Of a stretch of 64,000 bases of DNA, positions 47,774 through 57,335 are shown piece by piece. The stretch spans positions 155,356 to 219,355 of IMG/VR virus record IMGVR_UViG_3300008110_010000. One strand, 5' to 3'. The first letter of the stretch is position 1, and every line of letters begins with the position of its first letter. The notes under the pieces were generated by a model that saw nothing but the letters and a program-made list of their open reading frames with translations, searched no databases and had not been told where the DNA came from. The position numbers and the translations under genes were made by a program.

Positions 47774-49300
47774 ATGCTTAAATTTATAGTTTCAGAAGAT
47801 TTACAATGGTTACTTTTACAAGACTATGACGAGGAAGTTGAAAGAAAACAACTAGAGATTTCGTTGACTCGTAAAATACACAATCATTTTTTCCATCCTT
47901 TAGTGAAAAAGAAACATTGGGATGGAGCTATTTGTTTTGTGGATAAAAGAGGGCCACTCTGGAAAGTTCCTATTGGTCTATGGAGTGAGGTTTTTGATAT
48001 TGGCGAGAAGTATAAAATAGATGTTGATATCGTAGGTCTAGATCAAATCATAGAAAATGATCTTACATTAGAAGAATTTACCCAGTGGGCCAAAGAATTT
48101 TTTGCTGATAAAGAACTGAAGCCCAGAGATTACCAAATAGAGGCTGCGTGGAGAATTATAAAATTCAGATATTCCTGCCTAGAAATTGCGACTTCTTCGG
48201 GTAAGACCCTGATTGCATTTATCGTTCTGGCTTATCTTAAGATGGTTAAGCAAGTAAATAAATTCTTAATGATTGTTCCAAACACCACGCTGATTCTTCA
48301 AGGATCTGAGGATTTTGAAAGCTATGGATTAAAAGAACTTGATAATTGCGAAATGCAACTAATCCACGGGGGTAATAAAAACAAGATATCATCCGGGCTT
48401 ATGATAGGCACATATCAGTCATTGGTTAAGCAGGATGAATCTTTCTTTGACGGGGTTGAAGCTGTGTTTGTCGACGAATCACATCAAAGTCATTCTAAGT
48501 CGATTAAAGAAGTAGTTTCTAAATGTAAAGAATCTAAATATAGATTTGGTCTTTCGGGAACATTGACCAATAGAAACACTGCAGAGCATCTAACAATTCA
48601 GCAATATCTTGGACCATTGGTAATGGAGATCAGTCCTAAATTTTTGTTTGATAATAACTATGCTACTCCTGTTTCCATTAAGGTAGTTAAGATGAATTGG
48701 CTTTCCGACGATCTAAAGGAAAAGCTTTATGATCTAAGAACTAACAAGCAAGATTTAGAAGGCAGTGAAATCTTTAATGTGGAAAGAAAGTTAGTTATTT
48801 CATCGGATAAAAGAATCAATTATATAGTGGACTTCATTTCTAAAACTAGCAAAAATTCCCTGGTTTTATTCCAATCCGTTGGAGAGGGATATGGAAAAAG
48901 AATGTATGACATGCTTAGAGAAATTCAGGCAGATAAAGAGATCTTTTATGTCGACGGAGACACTGAACCTGAAAGAAGAGATTTTTATAAGGGTAAAATG
49001 GAAGAGGGTACTAATAAGGTTCTAGTGGCCAGTTTTGGAACCCTTAGTACCGGAGTCTCTGTGAAAAATATTCACAACATTTTCTTGACAGAATCTTACA
49101 AATCTGAGGTATTGATCAAACAAAGTCTTGGAAGGGGAATGAGACTTTACGAGGGAAAGGAGAAGGTTAATGTTATTGACTTTGTCGACGACTTTACCTG
49201 GAAAGCTTCTGCAAACTACCTAATAAAGCATTCTAATGAGCGTATAGAGATCTACAAGAGGGAAAAGTTCGAATATAAGGTTTATGAGGTTACTCTCTAA
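47774..49300 (+). CDS. uvsW: UvsW-like SF2 DNA helicase
   Basis: PRDYQ, ATSSGKT, VDESH, GLSGT, ASFGTLSTGVS and QSLGRGMR motifs. Confidence 0.92.
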   Translation: MLKFIVSEDLQWLLLQDYDEEVERKQLEISLTRKIHNHFFHPLVKKKHWDGAICFVDKRGPLWKVPIGLWSEVFDIGEKYKIDVDIVGLDQIIENDLTLEEFTQWAKEFFADKELKPRDYQIEAAWRIIKFRYSCLEIATSSGKTLIAFIVLAYLKMVKQVNKFLMIVPNTTLILQGSEDFESYGLKELDNCEMQLIHGGNKNKISSGLMIGTYQSLVKQDESFFDGVEAVFVDESHQSHSKSIKEVVSKCKESKYRFGLSGTLTNRNTAEHLTIQQYLGPLVMEISPKFLFDNNYATPVSIKVVKMNWLSDDLKEKLYDLRTNKQDLEGSEIFNVERKLVISSDKRINYIVDFISKTSKNSLVLFQSVGEGYGKRMYDMLREIQADKEIFYVDGDTEPERRDFYKGKMEEGTNKVLVASFGTLSTGVSVKNIHNIFLTESYKSEVLIKQSLGRGMRLYEGKEKVNVIDFVDDFTWKASANYLIKHSNERIEIYKREKFEYKVYEVTL

Positions 49301-49309
49301 CGCGTTTCA

Positions 49310-49317
49310 GATATATA
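49310..49317 (+). promoter_or_regulatory. Late promoter GATATATA
   Basis: 12 nt before ATG 49330, followed by an A-rich leader. Confidence 0.6.
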
Positions 49318-49329
49318 AAATAAAAAAAA

Positions 49330-49941
49330 ATGAAATATATCCGTTCATATGCTTTATATGAGAGTAGTTTGAAGATATTTGAAAAGTACGATTCTTCAAA
49401 ATACACTAAATATACTGGCCAGTCCGCCGAGCCTGGATGGCAGGATTGGATTTACAATTTTTTCAAAAGCATGCAAAGCAGATTTGAGGGGTTTGATCGT
49501 TTTTACCAAAGAGAGATAGCAGTAAAGAAAACTGGAGGTGGTGTAATAGACACCGGCATGGGATGGCTAATTGGAAAAACTGGATCTCTTGCTACTGAGC
49601 TAATGGCTAAAATATTTGAGCCAAATAAATTTGCTACTCTGACCGGTCAGGGTTTGCTTGCTCCAAAATCTCCTGCTGATGTGTCTGGAATTAAATCCGC
49701 TAAAGACGTTACTCCTGAGCATCATAGATTGCTGAACGATCAGTTTGTTAAAAACGATCTTCCCACAATTTCTAATGATGACCAAATGAAAGATTATATC
49801 TTTAATTACTATAAGAAAATAGGGGTTCCTCCTAATTATAATAAAGTTGCTGATGAAGTAGCTGCAACGTATGCAACCACATACTTTAACAATAAAAAAT
49901 CGCAAGGTATGCTCGCCCAGGGTTTACCTTCTACATTTTAA
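49330..49941 (+). CDS. Hypothetical protein with capsid-targeting-like leader (MKYIRSYALYE)
   Basis: ORF with late promoter; leader pattern shared with its neighbours. Confidence 0.6.
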   Translation: MKYIRSYALYESSLKIFEKYDSSKYTKYTGQSAEPGWQDWIYNFFKSMQSRFEGFDRFYQREIAVKKTGGGVIDTGMGWLIGKTGSLATELMAKIFEPNKFATLTGQGLLAPKSPADVSGIKSAKDVTPEHHRLLNDQFVKNDLPTISNDDQMKDYIFNYYKKIGVPPNYNKVADEVAATYATTYFNNKKSQGMLAQGLPSTF

Positions 49942-49955
49942 TAGAAACAAAAAAA

Positions 49956-50222
49956 ATGAAAAAAATAACACAGATTCAAGAAAGCCTTAAGATAGAAAAA
50001 GCCAAGGTTATTTCCAAATTAGAGGAAACAAACAAATACCTAACTTTTGCAAAAGGCTATTACAAAAAGCATGGAGTATCTGGTCCTTTTGACGAGAAGT
50101 TTAAAAGTGACAAGAAAGCTCAAAAGAAATTTATGGATGACCTAGGTAAAGCTTGGGATGAGCACAAAGAAAAACATGGAATTGTAACCAGCTCAGAAAA
50201 GCCCTGGGGTAAGAAAAAATAA
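49956..50222 (+). CDS. Small basic hypothetical protein (leader MKKITQIQE)
   Basis: 88 aa, Lys-rich, in operon. Confidence 0.55.
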   Translation: MKKITQIQESLKIEKAKVISKLEETNKYLTFAKGYYKKHGVSGPFDEKFKSDKKAQKKFMDDLGKAWDEHKEKHGIVTSSEKPWGKKK

Positions 50223-50226
50223 CCTA

Positions 50227-50655
50227 ATGATCGTAGATATTCTTTACCCCATAATCGAGCATTACATTGGAGATGGAGTAGCGGGGGTTAAAAGAGGACA
50301 TGATGAAGTTTCCTTTTTAACTATAATGGGTAAGGATGGTAGAATTGAAAAGAATGAAGAAGGCGATTGGGATTTGTTAGTAGAGGAGGAAAAAGTTGCC
50401 GAGATAGAGGATTCTTTATTTTCTATTTTCTGTGAGGCAAAGAAACAACCCCCAATAGATGTCTATTATAAAAAACTATTAAAAGTAAAAAGAAAAAAAC
50501 TAAATTATAGATCTAGCATTTTGGTAGAACAACTCGTTAAATCTTTGGAAATGCTAATGCTTAACATGGAAGTTAAATTGAAGAATCCAATAGCAATAGG
50601 ACCATTTTTAGTTTTTACTTCTATGGGAAGAAAAGACATTATCGTATTAAATTAA
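50227..50655 (+). CDS. Hypothetical protein (142 aa)
   Basis: In operon with 3-4 nt gaps. Confidence 0.55.
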   Translation: MIVDILYPIIEHYIGDGVAGVKRGHDEVSFLTIMGKDGRIEKNEEGDWDLLVEEEKVAEIEDSLFSIFCEAKKQPPIDVYYKKLLKVKRKKLNYRSSILVEQLVKSLEMLMLNMEVKLKNPIAIGPFLVFTSMGRKDIIVLN

Positions 50656-50658
50656 TAT

Positions 50659-52662
50659 ATGGCAGGGATTAAACAACTAAGTGAAGTTTATAAAAAGCAA
50701 GGAGCAGAATTCATTGACAATTTATTTGGAGATGAAGTTACAGTTTCTGAAAAATTGAATGGTATGTCTTTCTCCTTCGAGAAAAGCATAGGAGACGGAA
50801 CTATGTTCTTTTATAAAAGAGATCAGGTTAATCCCATTTCTAAAATTGATAGAGTTCTGATGAACTATTATGATGGACCTATTACATACGTGCAGGGGTT
50901 ACCAGATCTTACGAAAAATGAAATTCCTCCTGGTTGGAGATTTGGAACTGAATTTTTTATTAACGAAAGTCCAGTTTTATTGTCATACAACAGAGTCCCT
51001 AAGAATGGACTTGTTCTAACCCATATCATTGTTAAAAATCAATATGGGGATATCGAGAGAACTATTGTTGAAAAGGAGGAATTAGATTATTGGGCAGATC
51101 TATTAGATATTGAAAGATCCCCAATTATTTTTCAGGGAAAATTATCAGACCAACAAAAAGCCTCAATTAATGATTTTGTTAATTCTCCGTTTGATAGCTT
51201 AAAATCGTCTCATGGAACACAGAGCTTTGCTAAGTACTTAGTGAAAACTTTAAATCCGGATTTAGATAAAACATTACTTAATGATGATTTAGATCGTCCC
51301 ATAGAGGGTATAGTTTTCAGATTTGGACCAATCAGCGGAACTGGTGAATCTTTTTCTGCAAAAATTATTGATCCAGTTTTTGAAGACATCACAAGACAAA
51401 ACAATGTTAAAAAAGCCAGTTATTTCCCAAGCGACATCTACGGAATAACACTCCTGGAAGTAATGAATTATATCCTAGATAAAGGTATAGAGAGTTTTGA
51501 ATTTGCCGGGGAAGATCCACAGGACAGATACATTTCTTTTATCTCTGGTGTTTTCAATTCCTTCATAGAAGATAATGGTGAAAAATACTTGGGTCTCGAT
51601 TTTCAAGAGCCCGAATTTTTAAAACAAGACGGATTTGAATCTAATTTAGATCTGATTAGTAACGATCAGACTAAACAATTAGTTGCTCAAGATGAAAGCT
51701 ATGAATCTCTTTTTAAATTGATCTTATCAGCATTTAGAAAGATTAAGAAAAAATCTGGTGGTTTTTTTACTCCTGGAGTTATAGAGCAATTTAATTTATT
51801 AGTTAGAGAGATATCAGATTATCTCAATAGAAAACCTGTAATTGCGGAATCATTGATTCCAACATTTAGTGAGTTTAGAAAGGTTAAAAAATCTTTTGTA
51901 CCCGATGAAGAACAGGATGATGAAGACGAGGAAGAACCTATGGAAGAACCCGAGGATGAAATTATAGGGGAGCCTATAGAAACCCCTCAAGAAAATCCTG
52001 AAGATGTTGAAGAAGAACCTGAAGAGGTTCAAGAAGAACCACAGAAAGATCCAGAAGAAATCCAGGTTAAAGAAATAGATCCTGAAATTGCCTTTAAAAT
52101 GCAAGCTGCTTTAGGACAGATGGATCCTATTTCAGATCCTGCTGTCAATCCTGAATCACAGAATGTAAATGTAATTATTGGTAAGTTTCAACCATTTAAT
52201 AACGGTCATCTTAAAATGATCAAAAAAGCAAATCAGGTAAATGGAAATCCTGTTGCCTTGATGGTGGTTAATAATTCCAAGAGCTTCATTAATAGGGAAA
52301 TAATGAATAAGATGATGAAGATCATTTCTGATGAAATGTCTGATCTAATTCATTCGGTAAATTACGTTCCTGATGATCTACTTTCTACTTCTATTGAAAA
52401 AATTAAAGATAAATGTAACCCTAAGAGCTTAACAGTGGGATCTAAAAAGCTAGACAATTATTTGATCCAGAGCCGCACTCTTAAGAAAAGAAAAAAATTA
52501 CCCCAGGATTTCCAAATCCAAACTTCTCCGGAGTGGGTTATTTCCAGAGAGGTAATGAAGACTCTAGAAGATAAAGATTACATGCAATTCAAAAAGCATG
52601 TCCCTAAATCTCTTTCTTCTCTTTGGGAGGAATTACATCGCTGCTACGAATCAGCTAAATAG
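50659..52662 (+). CDS. Fusion of an RNA-ligase-type (Rnl2-like) nucleotidyltransferase, an acidic linker and a cytidylyltransferase-like Rossmann domain
   Basis: EKLNG (motif I), FGTEF (III), IEGIVFR (IV), AKIIDPVF (V); C-terminal IGKFQPFNNGH (HxGH variant). Confidence 0.7.
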   Translation: MAGIKQLSEVYKKQGAEFIDNLFGDEVTVSEKLNGMSFSFEKSIGDGTMFFYKRDQVNPISKIDRVLMNYYDGPITYVQGLPDLTKNEIPPGWRFGTEFFINESPVLLSYNRVPKNGLVLTHIIVKNQYGDIERTIVEKEELDYWADLLDIERSPIIFQGKLSDQQKASINDFVNSPFDSLKSSHGTQSFAKYLVKTLNPDLDKTLLNDDLDRPIEGIVFRFGPISGTGESFSAKIIDPVFEDITRQNNVKKASYFPSDIYGITLLEVMNYILDKGIESFEFAGEDPQDRYISFISGVFNSFIEDNGEKYLGLDFQEPEFLKQDGFESNLDLISNDQTKQLVAQDESYESLFKLILSAFRKIKKKSGGFFTPGVIEQFNLLVREISDYLNRKPVIAESLIPTFSEFRKVKKSFVPDEEQDDEDEEEPMEEPEDEIIGEPIETPQENPEDVEEEPEEVQEEPQKDPEEIQVKEIDPEIAFKMQAALGQMDPISDPAVNPESQNVNVIIGKFQPFNNGHLKMIKKANQVNGNPVALMVVNNSKSFINREIMNKMMKIISDEMSDLIHSVNYVPDDLLSTSIEKIKDKCNPKSLTVGSKKLDNYLIQSRTLKKRKKLPQDFQIQTSPEWVISREVMKTLEDKDYMQFKKHVPKSLSSLWEELHRCYESAK

Positions 52663-52704
52663 ACTCATCGCATTATTTTTTTCCTACCGTTTGTTTTATA
52701 TTTG

Positions 52705-52712
52705 GATATATA
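52705..52712 (+). promoter_or_regulatory. Late promoter GATATATA, preceded by TATATTTG
   Basis: 12 nt before ATG 52725. Confidence 0.6.
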
Positions 52713-52724
52713 AAATAAAAATTA

Positions 52725-53570
52725 ATGGGAAAGCTCTCAAATTTTGAAAACAGTCAAAAATCTCCTCTTTTAGAAAACTCTGATAAAAGCAAAGCTGCTT
52801 TTGATAAAATAGTGGATTGTAAAATTAGACTTATTGCAGGATCTAATACTTTCTTTGGAAAGTTTTCTTTAAGCCTTGAATTTATTGAGGATCTTAATCT
52901 TCAATACAAAACTATGGCCACCGATGGTATGAAAATATACTATGACCCAGATTTTGTATTAAAACACAGCGAGGAAGAAATTAGATGGGTAATCTGTCAT
53001 GAAATCATGCATTGTGCTCTTTTTCATTTCATTAGAAGGCAAGCAAATCCCACAGCGTGGAACGCAGCTGCCGATTATGCCCTAAATCAATTAATAGACC
53101 CGGAATCTTACACAATTCCCCCAGGGGATCCACAGAGCCCTGAAGTAAGAAAAGCTAAAATATTTTTAGGTGCTTTGGGAAAAATGATACCAGGATGCTT
53201 AAATACTAGACCAGCTACCCCGGACAATCCTTACGGAAAACCAGAGTATAAGGGTTGGTCTGCAGAGCAAATTTATGACCATATAATAGAAAACAACGTT
53301 CAGCTTCCTCCAGAAGAAGGATGGAATTACGGAGGCGTTACACCCCCAGAATTTACTGGTTCTTCTAAGAAAAAATCTGCAGGGGCAACAGGTCCTTCTG
53401 GTCCTATCGCTAAAATTGGCGATTTCGTAAAAATAAAAAGCGGAGGGTTTGGTCGAATAACATCAATAGATGCAAATACTGGGGAAGCAATGGTTGACCC
53501 ATACTCTGAGGCTGATGCTATAGCACAGATAGAAAAACAATCCGGAAGAAAGGTTATATCAATAAAATAA
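52725..53570 (+). CDS. Zinc metallopeptidase domain protein (DUF2201 N-terminal-like) with a C-terminal KOW/SH3-like motif
   Basis: TMATDGMKIYYDPDFV, VICHEIMHCALFH and WNAAADYALN match this family; KIGDFVKIKSGGFGRITSID is KOW-like. Confidence 0.8.
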   Translation: MGKLSNFENSQKSPLLENSDKSKAAFDKIVDCKIRLIAGSNTFFGKFSLSLEFIEDLNLQYKTMATDGMKIYYDPDFVLKHSEEEIRWVICHEIMHCALFHFIRRQANPTAWNAAADYALNQLIDPESYTIPPGDPQSPEVRKAKIFLGALGKMIPGCLNTRPATPDNPYGKPEYKGWSAEQIYDHIIENNVQLPPEEGWNYGGVTPPEFTGSSKKKSAGATGPSGPIAKIGDFVKIKSGGFGRITSIDANTGEAMVDPYSEADAIAQIEKQSGRKVISIK

Positions 53571-53576
53571 ACTTCG

Positions 53577-54497
53577 ATGAAAATAGATATTAATGAATTA
53601 AGGAAGGTATCAGTAAAATTTGAACCGGAACCACCCCCACCACCACCTCCCCCTGGGACCCCACCGTCTCCTCCTCCCCCTAAGATTGAGGATTTTCCTG
53701 TTCCCCCTTCCCCTGATAAACCCTGGGACGACGAGGACGGAGGAGACGCCGGAGGAGCAGGAAACCAAGCTGGTGAAAAACCTAGGGTAATTGACGTTGA
53801 TCCGGAAAACATAGATGAATTAAAGGAAAAATGGAGAAGGGAGGTCGAAAAGGCAAGAAGATCTGGTGGACTTCCCCCAGAATTACAAAAATCTCTGGAC
53901 AAATTCAACGCAGGTAAAGTTGATTGGAAGGGTGATTTGAAGAGATTTGTTACCGGCCTTTCCGCTAAAAGAGAATATTTTTTACCTAACAAAAGGTTCC
54001 TAAGTAGAGGACAGGTTTTATGGGGTACCAAAAGAGTTAAAGAAGGTTTTGATGTTCTAACCCTGATCGTGGATACTTCAGGATCCATCTCCCAAAAAGA
54101 ATTGGAGGTATTTATTAACGAGGCTTATGCAATCGTAGAGGAATTTAATCCAAGAAAAACTTACGTTCTTTTCTTTGATACTAAGGTATATGAACCGGTG
54201 ACTGAAGTAGAAAGAGGTGAAAACATTAAGGTTAATAAAGCATACGGAGGAGGAGGAACTAGCTTTCTTGAACCTTTCCAATGGATAGAGAAGAATCTAT
54301 TAGGTCAGGTAAATATGGGCCCAGTTGTATTCTTTACTGACGGTTATCCAACATCAGGAGGATGGCCATCATCGAATGATTATGGAATCAGCACCTATGA
54401 TAAAAAAGTGATGTGGATTATAATACATCAGGATTACCCAAACAACGATCCTAATGTTGTAGTTCCGTTTGGAAATAGAACCGATCTAGTTTACTAA
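53577..54497 (+). CDS. vWA domain protein (DUF2201 C-terminal-like) with a Pro-rich N-terminal linker
   Basis: MIDAS motif IVDTSGSIS, GGGGTSF, VFFTDGY; VDWKGDLKRF; poly-Pro stretch. Confidence 0.85.
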   Translation: MKIDINELRKVSVKFEPEPPPPPPPPGTPPSPPPPKIEDFPVPPSPDKPWDDEDGGDAGGAGNQAGEKPRVIDVDPENIDELKEKWRREVEKARRSGGLPPELQKSLDKFNAGKVDWKGDLKRFVTGLSAKREYFLPNKRFLSRGQVLWGTKRVKEGFDVLTLIVDTSGSISQKELEVFINEAYAIVEEFNPRKTYVLFFDTKVYEPVTEVERGENIKVNKAYGGGGTSFLEPFQWIEKNLLGQVNMGPVVFFTDGYPTSGGWPSSNDYGISTYDKKVMWIIIHQDYPNNDPNVVVPFGNRTDLVY

Positions 54498-54500
54498 AAA

Positions 54501-54508
54501 GATATATA
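54501..54508 (+). promoter_or_regulatory. Late promoter GATATATA
   Basis: 24 nt before ATG 54533. Confidence 0.55.
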
Positions 54509-54532
54509 GAAAAAAGAATATAAGATTAATAA

Positions 54533-56161
54533 ATGCCAAGCATTAAAAAATTTGACCAATATGTAAACGAGGATTATTCATTAAAAAGTATGATATCTGG
54601 TGTTGGAAGCTGGATTAAAAATCTCGTAAGCAAGATTAAAGGTGGAGGAATAGAGAAAGTTCCCAACACGCCCGAAGCACACGTGAAAGCTGGAAAGCCC
54701 ATGGTAAATTATTATAGCTGTGCACGTGGCGGCGGTAAATCTGTGGAGCAACAAGTTGAAGACACTTATGGTATTAAGTTTGAATCTAAAGCATTCGAAG
54801 ACTATGAGATTGATGAGGCAACTATGAAGGATTACGGAGATATTGAAATGTTAAAATATCCTGATAAAGAAGCTGGAATTTCAAACATGAAAGGAGATGC
54901 TCTGAAGAGCATGATACTTAAAAGATTTGATAGTTTAGTTAGAGGCGGCTACGATAAGCCAATCTTTATTTATGGAGCTCCTGGTATAGGTAAAACCGAG
55001 ATAGTTGCTAGCGTAGCTTCCCAACTTTGTATAGATCTTATAACGGTTGATCTTCAGTTCATGGATCCTACTGACTTCTTGGGTATTCCATCAACTGATG
55101 ATATCCCGAAAGAATTTTTCACTGAAAAAGATATAGAAAAAAGAATTGGAATTCTAAGTAAGCTCGGAAAGGGAATAACTAGATCTAACCCTCCATCTTG
55201 GCTTCCATTAGACAATGGCGAACCAATCACAGTGGTTGGTGGAGACGGCAATGAGGAAAAATCCGACGGACCTGGTGGAATTATTTTCTTTGACGAAATG
55301 AACAGGGCAAACCCTCCAGTTATTGCTGCAATGATGGTACTTCTTCAACAGAGAAGAGTTGGTACCGAGTATAATCTTCCTAGTAAATGGTTGATTGTAG
55401 CAGCGGGAAATAGAAAGGAAGACGATTTACCTGGTGAGATCAATGATTTAGGTTCAGCTCTTATTAACCGTTGTGAGGTAGTAAACTACCTTGCTAGTCC
55501 TAAAGAATGGATCGAATGGGTTAAAACCTCTCCAATAAAATTGAAGGGTGCATTTGGAAGAACTGCCAATGAAATTGTACTTCCTGAATTGATAGCATTT
55601 ATGGAATTTTCTAAAGATTATTTCTACACTTTAAATGCAGGAAAAAAAGGAAGAGTATTTGCATCCCCAAGATCTTGGATCGATGCTTCTAAGGCTCTTT
55701 ACTCAGAAATGGATTACCTCAGAAGACAAGGAACCAATTCAATTTCTAAAGAAGAGATGATTGATATTTTTTCTAGAAACGTGGGTCCAGAACCTGCACA
55801 GGCATTCGTTGAATTTTATACAGAATCACAGAATACCAAAATGGAAGATGTTGTTAAGGTTTTTGACGATCCTGATAACGCTCCTCTTCCAGAAAAAATT
55901 GGTGGACAATACAAGCCAGATAAATCTTACTATTTAATAGCTGCTATAGTTGATAAATCTAGACAAATCAGTCCTGATGGGAAACTTACTGCAAGCCAAT
56001 TCTCTAATGCGATAGATTGGTCTATTAGATTAGATTCTGCTGAATATGGAACTGCTTTTGTAAGCTTATTACTTTCTAAGCACCCTTACATAACAAAATC
56101 TGGTATCGAATACATTAAACACATGGAAAGATACACTGACAGATACATGCCAGACAAATAA
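54533..56161 (+). CDS. MoxR/AAA_5-type AAA+ ATPase with a long N-terminal extension
   Basis: Walker A IYGAPGIGKT, Walker B IIFFDEMNRA, VAAGNR, ALINR and ASPRSW motifs. Confidence 0.9.
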   Translation: MPSIKKFDQYVNEDYSLKSMISGVGSWIKNLVSKIKGGGIEKVPNTPEAHVKAGKPMVNYYSCARGGGKSVEQQVEDTYGIKFESKAFEDYEIDEATMKDYGDIEMLKYPDKEAGISNMKGDALKSMILKRFDSLVRGGYDKPIFIYGAPGIGKTEIVASVASQLCIDLITVDLQFMDPTDFLGIPSTDDIPKEFFTEKDIEKRIGILSKLGKGITRSNPPSWLPLDNGEPITVVGGDGNEEKSDGPGGIIFFDEMNRANPPVIAAMMVLLQQRRVGTEYNLPSKWLIVAAGNRKEDDLPGEINDLGSALINRCEVVNYLASPKEWIEWVKTSPIKLKGAFGRTANEIVLPELIAFMEFSKDYFYTLNAGKKGRVFASPRSWIDASKALYSEMDYLRRQGTNSISKEEMIDIFSRNVGPEPAQAFVEFYTESQNTKMEDVVKVFDDPDNAPLPEKIGGQYKPDKSYYLIAAIVDKSRQISPDGKLTASQFSNAIDWSIRLDSAEYGTAFVSLLLSKHPYITKSGIEYIKHMERYTDRYMPDK

Positions 56162-56177
56162 TAAAATTAAAACAATT

Positions 56178-56203
56178 AAACCCCCGGCTTTCGGGGGTTT
56201 TTT
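56178..56203 (+). terminator. Rho-independent terminator
   Basis: AAACCCCCG-gcttt-CGGGGGTTT stem followed by a T tract, after the AAA gene. Confidence 0.9.
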
Positions 56204-56226
56204 GTTTCCTTTCGGGTTTAAATTTG

Positions 56227-56234
56227 AATATATA
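56227..56234 (+). promoter_or_regulatory. Late promoter AATATATA, preceded by TAAATTTG
   Basis: 13 nt before ATG 56248. Confidence 0.55.
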
Positions 56235-56247
56235 AAATAAAAAAAGA

Positions 56248-56814
56248 ATGAAATTCATAAACAAATTTGGAGATCACTTTCCCAAGCCTGTAAATAATTT
56301 AAATAAAGTAAATGAAGATGCTGGTTATGGAAACGACTATTTTGCAGACGAAAAGGTTGAAAAATCTCAGCACTACTTCTTTAAAATTAGTGAGGGAGAC
56401 GAAGAGATTGGATTAATCTTAAAAATTGGAAAATTTTCTAAGTCTGGAGTTATCTCCGAGAATGAAAAAAATTACGGCGTGCTTCATTTAGAGATTATGA
56501 ATCCCGATGATATGGATGATTATTTAGTAAATGATAGTGAATACAGATCTAGGGAAGATGAAGGATTCTCCCTTTCAAACGAGGTATTAAGTCAGGCATT
56601 TTTTATTATTACCAAATCAATGGATAATTATTTACAAAAAAATCCGAAGGTTACTAAGTTTTATGATGAGATTCTAGAAAATCTTGGCATGGATAGAGAA
56701 GAATATTCAGATTTCATTTCCCCGAGAATCAGAACGTGGTCCAGGGGAAGATGGAAGATTCAGGAAGGAAATTCAGAGAAATCATTAATTTACACTAAGA
56801 CCTCACATGAGTAA
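56248..56814 (+). CDS. Acidic hypothetical protein (leader ending VNE-D)
   Basis: 188 aa with a late promoter. Confidence 0.6.
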   Translation: MKFINKFGDHFPKPVNNLNKVNEDAGYGNDYFADEKVEKSQHYFFKISEGDEEIGLILKIGKFSKSGVISENEKNYGVLHLEIMNPDDMDDYLVNDSEYRSREDEGFSLSNEVLSQAFFIITKSMDNYLQKNPKVTKFYDEILENLGMDREEYSDFISPRIRTWSRGRWKIQEGNSEKSLIYTKTSHE

Positions 56815-57124
56815 TCTTAAAAAATATAGCGAATTCATTAATGAATCATTAACACCGGTAATGTTTATGAGTGTTAAAAATGAATTGAAGAATTCGATTG
56901 TTAAATTCCTACACGAAAAAGGACAGGCAACTAGAAAGGAAATTTTAGAATTTGCCTCCACCCTAGGAGAGAATGGATCTGTTGTGGACAGAAGATGGAT
57001 CTCCAGAAATAAACAATTGATTAAGTGTTTGGTTTCAGAGGAAGGACCAAATCTTTATACCCTTACAAAATTGGGAAAAAGATTTGCCAAAAGTCTTTCG
57101 GTAAATGAAACAAAAAACCTTTAA
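56807..57124 (+). CDS. Small protein with capsid-targeting-like leader and a possible winged-helix fold
   Basis: Leader MSNLKKYSEFINE; IVKFLHEKGQATRKEIL...YTLTKLGKRF resembles a winged helix-turn-helix. Confidence 0.6.
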   Translation: MSNLKKYSEFINESLTPVMFMSVKNELKNSIVKFLHEKGQATRKEILEFASTLGENGSVVDRRWISRNKQLIKCLVSEEGPNLYTLTKLGKRFAKSLSVNETKNL

Positions 57125-57137
57125 TTTTGTATAAATA
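57107..57137 (+). promoter_or_regulatory. Composite promoter: GAAAC-N18-TATAAA, TAATTTTG and exact TATAAATA
   Basis: All three motifs overlap 12-43 nt before ATG 57150. Confidence 0.55.
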
Positions 57138-57149
57138 ATAAACATTTTT

Positions 57150-57335
57150 ATGGAAAACTACGAAAAATTAGTTGCTCTTGTAGAATCAATGAGAGAAAAT
57201 GTGGATAAGTTTTTTGATAAGGGTAATAAGTCTGCTGGAACCAGAGTTAGAACTCAGTGTCAAGAATTAAAAAAATTAGCACAAGAACTTCGCTTAGATG
57301 TTCAAAATGCTAAAAAATCCACTACAGAGCAATAA
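57150..57335 (+). CDS. Histone H1-like Hc1 family small DNA-binding protein
   Basis: KGNKSAGTRVR...ELKKLAQELR matches the Bacteroidota Hc1-like motif KGNKAAGTRAR. Confidence 0.8.
   Translation: MENYEKLVALVESMRENVDKFFDKGNKSAGTRVRTQCQELKKLAQELRLDVQNAKKSTTEQ

Noticed and set aside
47774-49300. Inteins or homing endonucleases in the helicase, primase or polymerase
   Set aside because: Protein lengths are normal, and no LAGLIDADG, HNH, GIY-YIG or intein splice motifs were seen.
50659-52662. Calling this gene part of a known NAD+ reconstitution pathway
   Set aside because: No partner PRPP-synthetase-like or Nampt-like gene in the window, and the HxGH motif is altered; kept only as a hypothesis.
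52691-52718. Hairpin TTGTTTTATAT/ATATAAAATAA over the peptidase leader
   Set aside because: Almost all A-U pairs, too weak to claim without a folding calculation.
53327-54088. 253-aa minus-strand ORF
   Set aside because: Antisense shadow of the GC-rich Pro/Gly linker and vWA gene; no motif of its own.
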